From NCBI GenBank assembly GCA_005888925.1, contig VBCP01000089.1, positions 1 through 32,273 of the forward strand: 32,273 bases of DNA, read 5' to 3'. Shown one piece after another: positions 8,297 through 16,640 of this stretch. The translations under genes and the position numbers were made by a program. Each line of letters begins with the position of its first letter. Position 1 is the first letter of the stretch. Under the pieces are notes generated by a model that saw nothing but the letters and a program-made list of their open reading frames with translations, did not search any database and was not told the DNA's origin. This DNA comes from Betaproteobacteria bacterium (GTDB lineage Bacteria; Pseudomonadota; Gammaproteobacteria; Burkholderiales; SG8-39).

Positions 8297-9240
8297 ATGC
8301 CGATTTTACCGCGCGCCAAATCCTGAAGACCCTTCTCGCGTTCGTGCTGCTCGTCGTCCTCGGCGCCGGTGGTTATGCCGCCGGCGGAAGTCGAGATTCC
8401 GCCGGGCGCCGGCTTTCGCGCCGCCGTAGGCCAGCTCGAGCGTGCCGGCGTGAAGGTGCGGCCGTACCACTTCGAGGCGCTCGCCCGCGTCCTGCGCCGC
8501 GAGCGCGACGTCAAGGCGGGTAACTACCTGCTCCTGGCGCCGCTCACGCCGATGGATCTCCTCGACAAGCTGACGCGCGGCGACGTCACGCAGGCGGAAG
8601 TGCGCCTCATCGAAGGCTGGACTTTCTCGCAGTTTCGCACCGTGCTCGACTCGAGCCCCGACCTGCGCCACGACACCGCCGGCCTCGAGGACGCGGCGAT
8701 CCTCGCGCGCATCCAGGCGACGGAGACGCACCCGGAGGGCCTTTTCTTTCCCGACACTTATCTCTTTGCGAAAGGCTCGAGCGACGTCAACGTGCTGCGG
8801 CGCGCATACCGGGCGATGCAGCGCCATCTGCAGACCGAGTGGGATGCCAGGCGCTGATCATGGCGTCGATCATCGAGAAGGAGACCGGGCGCGCCGCCGA
8901 GCGCGACCAGATCGGCGGCGTGCTGGTCAACCGGCTGCGCATCGGCATGCGGCTGCAGGTCGATCCGACGGTGATCTACGGTCTGGGCGCGACTTTCGAC
9001 GGCAACCTGAAGAAAATCCATTTGCTGGAAGACGGCCCCTACAACACGTACACGAGGGCAGGGCTTCCGCCGACGCCGATTGCCATGCCGGGCCTTCCAT
9101 CGCTGCGCTCGGCGGTGCGTCCCGGCAAGACCGACGCGCTCTACTACGTCTCGCGCGGCGATGGCACCAGCCAGTTCTCGCGTTCCATCCAGGAACACAA
9201 TCGGGCCGTGACGAAGTACCAGCTGCGCGGCGGCCGATGA
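8297..9240 (+). pseudogene. mltG: Endolytic murein transglycosylase MltG (YceG family); needs three frame changes
   Basis: The ATG 8297 frame stops at 8326. The TM helix ILKTLLAFVLLVVLGAGGY is in a second frame. The central part (8369-8857) is back in the first frame. The catalytic part (LIMASIIEKET, NRLRIGMRLQVDPTVIYG, YNTYTRAGLPPTPIA) is in the second frame. Confidence 0.8.
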
Positions 9241-9839
9241 AGTTTCTGACTCTCGAAGGCGTCGACGGCGCCGGCAAATCGACGCATATCGAATTCATCG
9301 CCGACGCGGTGCGCACGAAGAGCGCGCACGTCATCGTCACGCGCGAGCCCGGCGGCACGGATCTCGCCGAGCGGCTGCGCCAGACGATCCTCGCCGAGCC
9401 GATGCCGCCGGTGCTCGAGACGCTGCTGATCTTCGCCGCGCGCGCCGACCATGTGACGCGCGTCATCCGGCCCGCGCTCGCGGCCGGCAGCTTCGTCATC
9501 TGCGACCGCTTCTCCGACGCCACGGCGGCCTATCAGGGCGCCGGCCACGGCGTCAGCGCCGAGCTCATCGCGCGGCTCGCCGAAGCCGCGCATCCCGGCC
9601 TGCAGCCCGACCGGACGCTCGTCTTCGATTGTCCTTATGAAGTCGCGAGCGCGCGGCTCGCCAAGGCCGGACGGACGCTCGATCGCTTCGAGCGCGAGGA
9701 CCGCGCCTTCTTCGAGCGGGTGCGCGCGGCGTATCTCGCCCTTGCCGAAGACGAGCCGGTGCGTGTGCACGTCATCGATGCTTCTGCCGACGCCGCAGCC
9801 GTGCGCAAGCAGATCAAGTCCGCGCTGCAGGGTCTCTGA
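9237..9839 (+). CDS. tmk: Thymidylate kinase
   Basis: MKFLTLEGVDGAGKST P-loop, TREPGGT, DRF.DAT.AYQG. ATGA overlap with the mltG stop. Confidence 0.92.
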   Translation: MKFLTLEGVDGAGKSTHIEFIADAVRTKSAHVIVTREPGGTDLAERLRQTILAEPMPPVLETLLIFAARADHVTRVIRPALAAGSFVICDRFSDATAAYQGAGHGVSAELIARLAEAAHPGLQPDRTLVFDCPYEVASARLAKAGRTLDRFEREDRAFFERVRAAYLALAEDEPVRVHVIDASADAAAVRKQIKSALQGL

Positions 9840-10801
9840 TGCATCCCTGGAACCAGCCGATCCTCGATGCGCTGAAGAAAACCCGCGAGCGCCTGCCGCA
9901 TGCCCTGCTGCTGCACGGCCCGCGCGGCATCGGCAAGCTCGCGCTGGCCGAGCGCGTCGCTCAGCTTCTCCTTTGCGAGCACGCCGAGCCGGCGCAACGT
10001 CCGTGCGGACGCTGCGATGGCTGCCGCTGGTATCTCGGCGGCAACCATCCCGATTTCCGCCGCCTCGAGCCGGAGGCGATCGCCAAGCTGCCGCCACCGA
10101 GCGAAGAGGCGGAGGAGGGGAGCGAGGCCCCTGCCCGGCGCACCAAGCAGCCGAGCCTCTATATCCTCATCGAGCAGGTCCGCGAGCTCGCAGGCTTCCT
10201 GAACGTCGGCTCGCATCGCGGCGCGTTGCGGGTCGCGCTGGTCCATCCCGCCGAGGATCTCTATCCCAACGCCGCCAATGCGCTCCTGAAAAGTCTCGAA
10301 GAACCGCCCTCCGGCGCCATCTTCATCCTGGTCTCGCACCGCCCGGCTCGCCTTCTACCCACCGTGCGGAGCCGCTGCGTCGCCATACCGGTTCCCATTC
10401 CCCCGCGCACCGCCGCGCTAGCGTGGCTCGGCGCGCAGGGAGTCGCCGATGCCGAGCGCTGGCTCGCCTTTGCTGGCGGCGCGCCACTTCAGGCTCTCGA
10501 TTACGCCGCCGACGCGGCCGCGTGGGAGCGCCTGCTCAAATCGCCGCAATGGGTCGAGGACCGGGACAACCTGGAGCGGCTCGCGGAAGCCCTGCAGAAA
10601 ATGGCCTACGACCGCGCCTTCTCCGCCTTCGGCCTCGCGCCGAAGTACCGCACCGGCGTGCCCGCCGGCACGCGAGCTAAGGCCCGTGCCTGGCTAGCCT
10701 ATGCCCGCAAGATGGGGGAGAACCGCCTGCTTACACGCCACCCGTTGAATCCGAAGCTCTTCTCAGCCGAGATGGTGGCCGGGATGACTGATTTAACATA
10801 A
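9839..10801 (+). CDS. holB: DNA polymerase III delta' subunit
   Basis: LPHALLLHGPRGIGK, zinc module CGRCDGCRW, NALLKSLEEPP, SRC motif. TGATG overlap with tmk. Confidence 0.9.
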   Translation: MHPWNQPILDALKKTRERLPHALLLHGPRGIGKLALAERVAQLLLCEHAEPAQRPCGRCDGCRWYLGGNHPDFRRLEPEAIAKLPPPSEEAEEGSEAPARRTKQPSLYILIEQVRELAGFLNVGSHRGALRVALVHPAEDLYPNAANALLKSLEEPPSGAIFILVSHRPARLLPTVRSRCVAIPVPIPPRTAALAWLGAQGVADAERWLAFAGGAPLQALDYAADAAAWERLLKSPQWVEDRDNLERLAEALQKMAYDRAFSAFGLAPKYRTGVPAGTRAKARAWLAYARKMGENRLLTRHPLNPKLFSAEMVAGMTDLT

Positions 10802-10872
10802 TACACATTGTGCCGCTTCAGAGCCCCTAGGAACCTGGGACTAAGAGGGTGCGTCCGAATGTTTAGAGAACC

Positions 10873-11208
10873 ATGAGCCCCATCATCAAGGTCCTTCTCC
10901 TCGGCGCCTTCGCGACGCTTGTCACGAGCGCGAGCGCGCAAATCGGCAGCCGCGCCGGCAGCGACGACCGGTGGAACATCACCGGCCCGGCCTGGTACCA
11001 GACCGAATGCGGGCATGTCGGCTTCTCCGTGACTCACGGCCTGCCTTACGCGAACTGGCGCAAACCGTGCTCCGTGCCGATCCGCGTATGCGAGTACAAG
11101 ACCCTGACCATCAACTACCCGGCCGATCCGGACGTGCCGTGCGAAAAGATGGTGAACCCGGCGACCGCCGGTGAGCTGCAGCGGACCTACGTAAAGCGCT
11201 GGGACTAG
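10873..11208 (+). CDS. Small secreted hypothetical protein (four Cys in the mature part)
   Basis: Signal peptide MSPIIKVLLLGAFATLVTSASA-Q. No family recognised. Looks slightly less GC-rich than its neighbours. Confidence 0.55.
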   Translation: MSPIIKVLLLGAFATLVTSASAQIGSRAGSDDRWNITGPAWYQTECGHVGFSVTHGLPYANWRKPCSVPIRVCEYKTLTINYPADPDVPCEKMVNPATAGELQRTYVKRWD

Positions 11209-11663
11209 TTCAGGCTGTCTTTCGGAGGCACCGGGAAGCGCGCCACCGGAATGCCTTCGTCGACGAGTTCGTCGTGCTCTTCCTGGGTCGCCTGGCCGCG
11301 GATCGCGCGCTCCGGGGATTCCCGATAGAAAATCTTGCGGGCCTCGGCCGGAAATTCCTTGCCGACGTCCTCCGTCTTGGTCAGCAGCTCGTCGAGCATG
11401 CGCGAATAGAGCATTTGCGCGATGGCGAAGGGATCCTTGCCTTCCATGTCGGGCGTCTTCGCTGGCTGGGCAGGCTGAACCGGTTTCGGCGGCTCGGCGC
11501 CGAGGTTGGCGCGCGTCGCCGAAGGCACGCGCTCGACGCGTGCGGAGCCGCAGCTCGGGCAGCCGAGCAGCCCACGCTCCCGCTGGGAGGCGAAATCGGC
11601 GGCCGAGCCGAACCAGCCCTCGAAGCGGTGGCCTGAAGCACAAAGCAGGTCGAAAACAATCAT
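11205..11663 (-). CDS. DUF1178 family protein
   Basis: MIVFDLLCASGHRFEGWF....CPSCGS zinc-ribbon-like N-terminus typical of DUF1178. It shares a CTAG stop overlap with the convergent gene. Confidence 0.75.
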   Translation of the reverse strand: MIVFDLLCASGHRFEGWFGSAADFASQRERGLLGCPSCGSARVERVPSATRANLGAEPPKPVQPAQPAKTPDMEGKDPFAIAQMLYSRMLDELLTKTEDVGKEFPAEARKIFYRESPERAIRGQATQEEHDELVDEGIPVARFPVPPKDSLN

Positions 11664-11674
11664 TTAGGCCATTC

Positions 11675-11680
11675 TACAAT
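11675..11680 (+). promoter_or_regulatory. -10-like hexamer TACAAT placed for a leaderless transcript starting at ATG 11688
   Basis: AT-rich hexamer in a 15-nt divergent spacer. 7 nt separate it from ATG 11688. Confidence 0.3.
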
Positions 11681-12992
11681 GACGCCGATGGCCAAGTATC
11701 GCGATGACGCCGCGGCGCTCGGGCGCCTGGTCGAAGCCGACCGCGTGCACCGCGACGTCTATACCGACCCGGAGGTGTTCCAGCTCGAAATGGAGCGGCT
11801 CTGGTCGCGCACCTGGATCTACGTCGGCCATGCGAGTCAGGTCCCCAACGCAGGCGACTTCGTCACGCTCGCTATCGCCGCCAAGCCGGTGATCATGGTG
11901 CGCCAGACCGACGGCACGATCCGCGTGCTCATGAACCGCTGCGCGCACAAAGGCACCAAGGTGGTGAGCGACCTTGCGGGCAACGCGGGCAAGACCTTCC
12001 GCTGTCCGTACCACGCCTGGACCTATCGGACCGATGGCACGCTGATCAATATCCCGCTCAAAGAGGGTTACGACGGTACAGCGTTAAAGCGCGACAACCT
12101 CAGGCTGGCGCCGGTGAGGAACGTGGAGACCTATCGCGGCTTCGTCTTCGCCAGGCTGTCGGAGGAAGGCATTGGTTTCCGCGACTACTTCGGCGATTCG
12201 CTCTCCTCGATCGACAACCTCGCCGACCGCTCGCCCGAGGGCGAGCTCGAGCTCACGGGCGGGTGCCTCCGCTTCCTGCACAACTGCAACTGGAAGCTGT
12301 TCGTCGAGAACCTGAACGACACGATGCATCCGATGATTGTGCACGCCTCGTCGGCCGGCATCGCGAAGAAGCTCTGGGAAGGCCAGCCCGCCGACCGCCC
12401 CAAGCCCGTGGCGATCGAGCAGATCGCGCCGTTCGCGAGCGACTACAAGTTCTTCGACGACATGGGCGTGCGCGTGTACGCGCATGGACATGGCTTTTCC
12501 GGGGTGAATTTCTCGATCCACTCGTCTTACTCGAGCGTGCCCGAGTATGAAGCCGCGATGAAGCGCGCTTACGGGGATGAGCGGGCGCGAAAGATCCTGG
12601 GCACGGTACGCCACAACACCGTCTACTACCCGAGCCTGACCATCAAGGGCGCGATCCAGTCGATCCGCGTGGCCCGTCCCCTGGCGGCGGACAAGACATT
12701 GCTGGAGTCCTATACATTCCGGCTGAAAGGCGCGCCCGACGTGCTGCTCGAGCGCACCGTAACCTACAACCGCCTCATCAACTCGCCGATGTCGGTCGTC
12801 GGGCACGACGACCTGCACTGCTATCGCGCCATCCAGGAAGGGCTGGCCGCGCACGGCAACGAGTGGGTCAATCTGCAGCGCAACTTTGATCCCGCCGAAA
12901 CGGGCGCGACCGAGCTCACCGCCAACGGCACGAGCGATATCTCCATGCGCAACCAGTTCCGCGCCTGGCGCGAGTTCATGGCCGCGCAATGA
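11679..12992 (+). CDS. Aromatic ring-hydroxylating (Rieske non-heme iron) dioxygenase, alpha subunit
   Basis: Rieske motif CAHKG...CPYHAW; catalytic-domain region NWKLFVENLNDTMH. The start could be ATG 11688 instead. Confidence 0.88.
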   Translation: MTPMAKYRDDAAALGRLVEADRVHRDVYTDPEVFQLEMERLWSRTWIYVGHASQVPNAGDFVTLAIAAKPVIMVRQTDGTIRVLMNRCAHKGTKVVSDLAGNAGKTFRCPYHAWTYRTDGTLINIPLKEGYDGTALKRDNLRLAPVRNVETYRGFVFARLSEEGIGFRDYFGDSLSSIDNLADRSPEGELELTGGCLRFLHNCNWKLFVENLNDTMHPMIVHASSAGIAKKLWEGQPADRPKPVAIEQIAPFASDYKFFDDMGVRVYAHGHGFSGVNFSIHSSYSSVPEYEAAMKRAYGDERARKILGTVRHNTVYYPSLTIKGAIQSIRVARPLAADKTLLESYTFRLKGAPDVLLERTVTYNRLINSPMSVVGHDDLHCYRAIQEGLAAHGNEWVNLQRNFDPAETGATELTANGTSDISMRNQFRAWREFMAAQ

Positions 12993-13474
12993 GCGCCCGA
13001 CCGACGATTGCCGATCTAGTGCGCTTCGTGAAGCATGAAGCGCGGCTCATCGATGAAAAGAGATTCGATGAGTGGTATGAGCTCTTCACCGACGATGCTT
13101 ATTACTGGGTGCCGGCGGCGCCAGGACAGACTGATCCGCTCTTGCACAACTCGCTTGCCTACGAGGACAAGCTGCTGCTCAGGCTGCGCATTGAGCGGAT
13201 GAAAAGCCCCCTCGCCTACTCGCAGCGGCCGGCGAGCCGCTGCCTGCATGTGCTGCAGGAACCGGATATCGAGAAGGCGGACCACGAGGGCGGCGAATAC
13301 CTCACACGCACGCCGTTCATCTATACCGAGACGCGCAACGACGACTCGCAGCGCTACGCCGCAACCGCCTGGCACACGCTGGTGTGGTCGCAGGATAGGC
13401 TGCGCATCCGCCTCAAGCGTGTCGACATCCTGAACTGCGACGCGATGCTGCCGTCGATCCAGCTATTCCTGTGA
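12989..13474 (+). CDS. Ring-hydroxylating dioxygenase beta subunit (NTF2-like)
   Basis: 161 aa. DEKRFDEWYELFTDDAYYWVP...RLRIERM pattern. ATGA overlap with the alpha subunit. Confidence 0.85.
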   Translation: MSARPTIADLVRFVKHEARLIDEKRFDEWYELFTDDAYYWVPAAPGQTDPLLHNSLAYEDKLLLRLRIERMKSPLAYSQRPASRCLHVLQEPDIEKADHEGGEYLTRTPFIYTETRNDDSQRYAATAWHTLVWSQDRLRIRLKRVDILNCDAMLPSIQLFL

Positions 13475-14190
13475 GCACCGCGGTCGTCACCGGCGGCAGC
13501 GCGGGCATCGGCCGGGCGATCGCGCGGCGGCTGCTCGACGCCGGCTACGAGGTGGTCTCGCTCGATGTGCAGCCATCAGGGCTCGCGCATACGAAACTGA
13601 AGCACGTGCATGTGGATCTGGCGGACGCCGAAGCGACGCGCCACGCCGCCGCCGAGGTCACGCGCGACCACGCGGTGACCACCGTGATCCACAACGCCGG
13701 CGTCATCCGCCCTGCCCTGCTGCCCGATCTCAAGCTGCCGGACTTCAATGCGCTGGTCAATGTCCACCTGGCTGCGGCCATCGTGCTGGTGCAGGCGGCG
13801 CTGCCGACGATGAAGAACGCCGGCTACGGGCGCGTGGTGCTGGTGTCCTCGCGCGCGGTGCTCGGCCTGCCGACGCGCACCTCCTACTCGGCGACCAAGG
13901 CCGGCATGCTCGGCATGGCGCGCACCTGGGCGCTCGAGCTCGCGCCGCACGGCGTGACGGTGAACGTGGTCGCCCCCGGGCCGATCCAGACGGCGAATTT
14001 CCACAGCATCATCCCCGAGGGCAGCCCCCAGGTCGAGCGCGTGATCGATACGATCCCGGTGAAGCGGCTAGGTCAGCCCGACGACGTCGCGCGCGCGGTC
14101 ATGTTCTTCGCCGAGCGCGACGCGGGCTTTGTCACCGGCCAGGTGCTCTACGTCTGCGGCGGCACGAGCGTCGGCACGCTGACCCTGTAG
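13471..14190 (+). CDS. Short-chain dehydrogenase/reductase
   Basis: VVTGGSAGIGRA, NAG, YSATKAG, GQVLYVCGG. GTGA overlap with the beta subunit. Confidence 0.88.
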   Translation: MSTAVVTGGSAGIGRAIARRLLDAGYEVVSLDVQPSGLAHTKLKHVHVDLADAEATRHAAAEVTRDHAVTTVIHNAGVIRPALLPDLKLPDFNALVNVHLAAAIVLVQAALPTMKNAGYGRVVLVSSRAVLGLPTRTSYSATKAGMLGMARTWALELAPHGVTVNVVAPGPIQTANFHSIIPEGSPQVERVIDTIPVKRLGQPDDVARAVMFFAERDAGFVTGQVLYVCGGTSVGTLTL

Positions 14191-15360
14191 CGAGTCCACC
14201 AGCCGCAGCTGGGCCGGCAGGCAGACGCGTTTCAAGTCGTAGCGCTGCACCACCGTTTCGCGCGCGCGGCTGCGCAGCGGCGCGAGCTCGGCCTGGTGCT
14301 CGAGCGCATAGGCCACGCGCTCGGCGATCGCCTCCGGCGAGAAGAAGTCGACCAGCAATCCACTCTCGCCGTCGCGCACCACCTCCTCGAGCGGCGGCGT
14401 GCGCGAGCCGACGATGAGGCAGCCTGACGACATCGCTTCGAGCAGCGACCAGGAGAGCACGAACGGATAGGTGAGGTAGACGTGCACCGCCGAGCGGCGC
14501 AGCAGCCCGAGATACTCCTGGTAGGGAATGCGGCCGAGGAACTCCACGCGCGAAAGGTCGATGCGCTCACCGAGCTCGGCGAGCAGGCGGCTCCGGTAGG
14601 TCTGGCCGGCGGGAAGCCGCGGCGAGTAGCTCACCTCGTCGCCGCCGACGATCGCGATGCGGGCCTTCGGCCGGCGCCGCTGGATTTCGGGAATCGCGCG
14701 CATGAAGCTGTGGAAGCCGCGGTACGGCTCGAGATTGCGCGCAACGTAGGTGATGAGCTCCGGCTCGGCGGCACCGGATGCGCGAACCAGGTCGGTGTCG
14801 ATGCCGTCGTGGATCACGGCGATGCGCGGCTTGTGCGCGGCGGGAAACTGGTGGTGCTGCCAGCGCGTCGGCGCCATGCCGAGATCGCAGGCGTCGAGCG
14901 CCATCAGGAGCGGCGCGTTCATCACCCGCAGGTGGAGCAGCTTTTCCGGCGTCGCCGGGAATTCGGCATCGAAACCGAGATCGCCGCCGCGCGAACGGTA
15001 GAAAAACTCGCAGTAGAGAATGATCTGCGCCTCGGGGAACACATCCTTCAGGAACAGAGCCTCGCCCCAGCCGATGTGGGCGAACACCACCTCGGGAACG
15101 AAGCCCGCGCGCCGCAGCTGCGCGCAGCCTGCGGCGACGCGCCGGCCGCGGTGGATTGCCCGCGAGACGCTGGCGTCCCATCCGCCGGAGACGGGTGAAG
15201 GGGCGTCGTAGCCGAGCAAGCGCACACCGGGCACACGCGCGGTACGCGCGAGGTTGGCCTTCTCGCCGACCGCGACCACATCGTGGCCCTGGCGGGCGTA
15301 ATGGGCAGCGAGATGCCGGTACTGGCCGGGGAAATTCTGATGGACGAAGAGAAAGCGCAT
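14068..15360 (-). CDS. GT4-family glycosyltransferase
   Basis: MRFLFVHQNFPGQYRHLA N-terminus; EX7E-type region LLEAMSSGCLIVGSRTPPLEEVVRDGESG. The start overlaps the MFP stop (TGATG). The 3' tail overlaps the convergent SDR by 123 nt. Confidence 0.8.
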   Translation of the reverse strand: MRFLFVHQNFPGQYRHLAAHYARQGHDVVAVGEKANLARTARVPGVRLLGYDAPSPVSGGWDASVSRAIHRGRRVAAGCAQLRRAGFVPEVVFAHIGWGEALFLKDVFPEAQIILYCEFFYRSRGGDLGFDAEFPATPEKLLHLRVMNAPLLMALDACDLGMAPTRWQHHQFPAAHKPRIAVIHDGIDTDLVRASGAAEPELITYVARNLEPYRGFHSFMRAIPEIQRRRPKARIAIVGGDEVSYSPRLPAGQTYRSRLLAELGERIDLSRVEFLGRIPYQEYLGLLRRSAVHVYLTYPFVLSWSLLEAMSSGCLIVGSRTPPLEEVVRDGESGLLVDFFSPEAIAERVAYALEHQAELAPLRSRARETVVQRYDLKRVCLPAQLRLVDSLQGQRADARAAADVEHLAGDKARVALGEEHDRARDVVGLT

Positions 15361-16640
15361 CAGACCGGCTCGCGCATCGCGCGGCGCAGGTAGGCGGTAA
15401 CCGGCGCGAGCAGGTAATCGAAGGCGGTGCGGCTGTCGGTGCGGATGAACACCTCCGCGGGCATGCCGGCCTGCATCTTCAGATCGCCCAGCGAACCGGG
15501 AGCAACCTCGATCTGGGCGACGTAATACGGCGCGTTCTTGTTCTCGGAATCCATCAGCCGATCGCCGGACACATAGCTCACGCGCCCGACGACCAGCGGC
15601 GTGGTGCGCTGCTTGTACGCGGTCAGGCGCACGTCGGCGGGCGTGCCCTTCGCGACGTGGTTGATGTCTTCGGGCCGGATGCGCGCTTCCAGGATCAGGG
15701 TCTTTTCCGCCGGCACGATCTCCATCAGCACGTCGCGCGGACCGACCACCGCGCCCGGCGTGAAGACCCGCAGGCCGACCACCTCACCCGCGTTCGGCGC
15801 GAGCACCTGCTGGCGCGCGGCGGCATCGCGCGACGGGCGCAGGCGTTCTTCCAGATCGAAGATGTGCGCGGTGGTGTCCTTCAGCTCGTCCACCGCGTTC
15901 TGCTTGTAGCTGTTCCGCGCGGTGATGATGCGAAGCTCGAGCTCGCTCGCCTTCTGGCGGCTGCGCGCCAGCTCGGCGCGATGCTCGCCGTGCTTGACCT
16001 CGTATTCGGCTACCGCGCGTTGCAGGGTCAGGACCCGGATCTTCTGCACGTAGTTCTGGCGCAGCAGCTCCTCGTTCGCCGTCAACTCTTCCTTCTGCAG
16101 CGCGATGGCGCGCTCCTCGGCGGCGAGCTGCGCCGCCAGGGCCGCCGCTTCAGCCTGTGTCTCGCCGATCTGCACGCGCAAGGCCGCCACCTGGCTATCG
16201 ACGGAGGACCGGCGCGACTGGAAGAGAGCGCGCTCGCGCTCGAGAATCTCCGCGACGCGCGGCTCGCGCTCACGCCGCCCGATGTCGGCGGGAAAACCGG
16301 GCTTAGGCGCAAAGCTGGCCTCCGCCCCCAAGCGCGCCTCCTTTGCGCGCTCAGCGATAAGTTGGATCGAGAGCAGATCCAGCGTGGAATCCACTTTCAC
16401 GTCCTCGAGCACGACCAGCGTCTGGCCCTGCTTCACCGTGTCGCCGTCGCGCACCCGGATCTCGCGCACGATGCCGCCTTCCTGGTGCTGCACCACCTTG
16501 CGGTTGAGATCGACCTTGACGAACGCGGGAGCGACGATCGCGCCCGAGAGCGGCGCGAGAATCGTCCAGCCGCCAAGGCCGATCATTCCGGCTGCGATGA
16601 TCAGCAATCCTGCGCAAACCAGGCGCTTGAGCTCGCTCAT
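15360..16640 (-). CDS. HlyD-family type I secretion periplasmic adaptor (MFP)
   Basis: N-terminal TM segment, long coiled-coil middle, C-terminal GMPAEVFI motif. ATGA overlap with the ABC gene. Confidence 0.88.
   Translation of the reverse strand: MSELKRLVCAGLLIIAAGMIGLGGWTILAPLSGAIVAPAFVKVDLNRKVVQHQEGGIVREIRVRDGDTVKQGQTLVVLEDVKVDSTLDLLSIQLIAERAKEARLGAEASFAPKPGFPADIGRREREPRVAEILERERALFQSRRSSVDSQVAALRVQIGETQAEAAALAAQLAAEERAIALQKEELTANEELLRQNYVQKIRVLTLQRAVAEYEVKHGEHRAELARSRQKASELELRIITARNSYKQNAVDELKDTTAHIFDLEERLRPSRDAAARQQVLAPNAGEVVGLRVFTPGAVVGPRDVLMEIVPAEKTLILEARIRPEDINHVAKGTPADVRLTAYKQRTTPLVVGRVSYVSGDRLMDSENKNAPYYVAQIEVAPGSLGDLKMQAGMPAEVFIRTDSRTAFDYLLAPVTAYLRRAMREPV

Noticed and set aside
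8766-9236. N-terminal extension of the tmk ORF (track ORF 8766-9839)
   Set aside because: It overlaps the mltG catalytic region in another frame. Tmk begins at MKFLTLEGVDGAGKST (ATG 9237).
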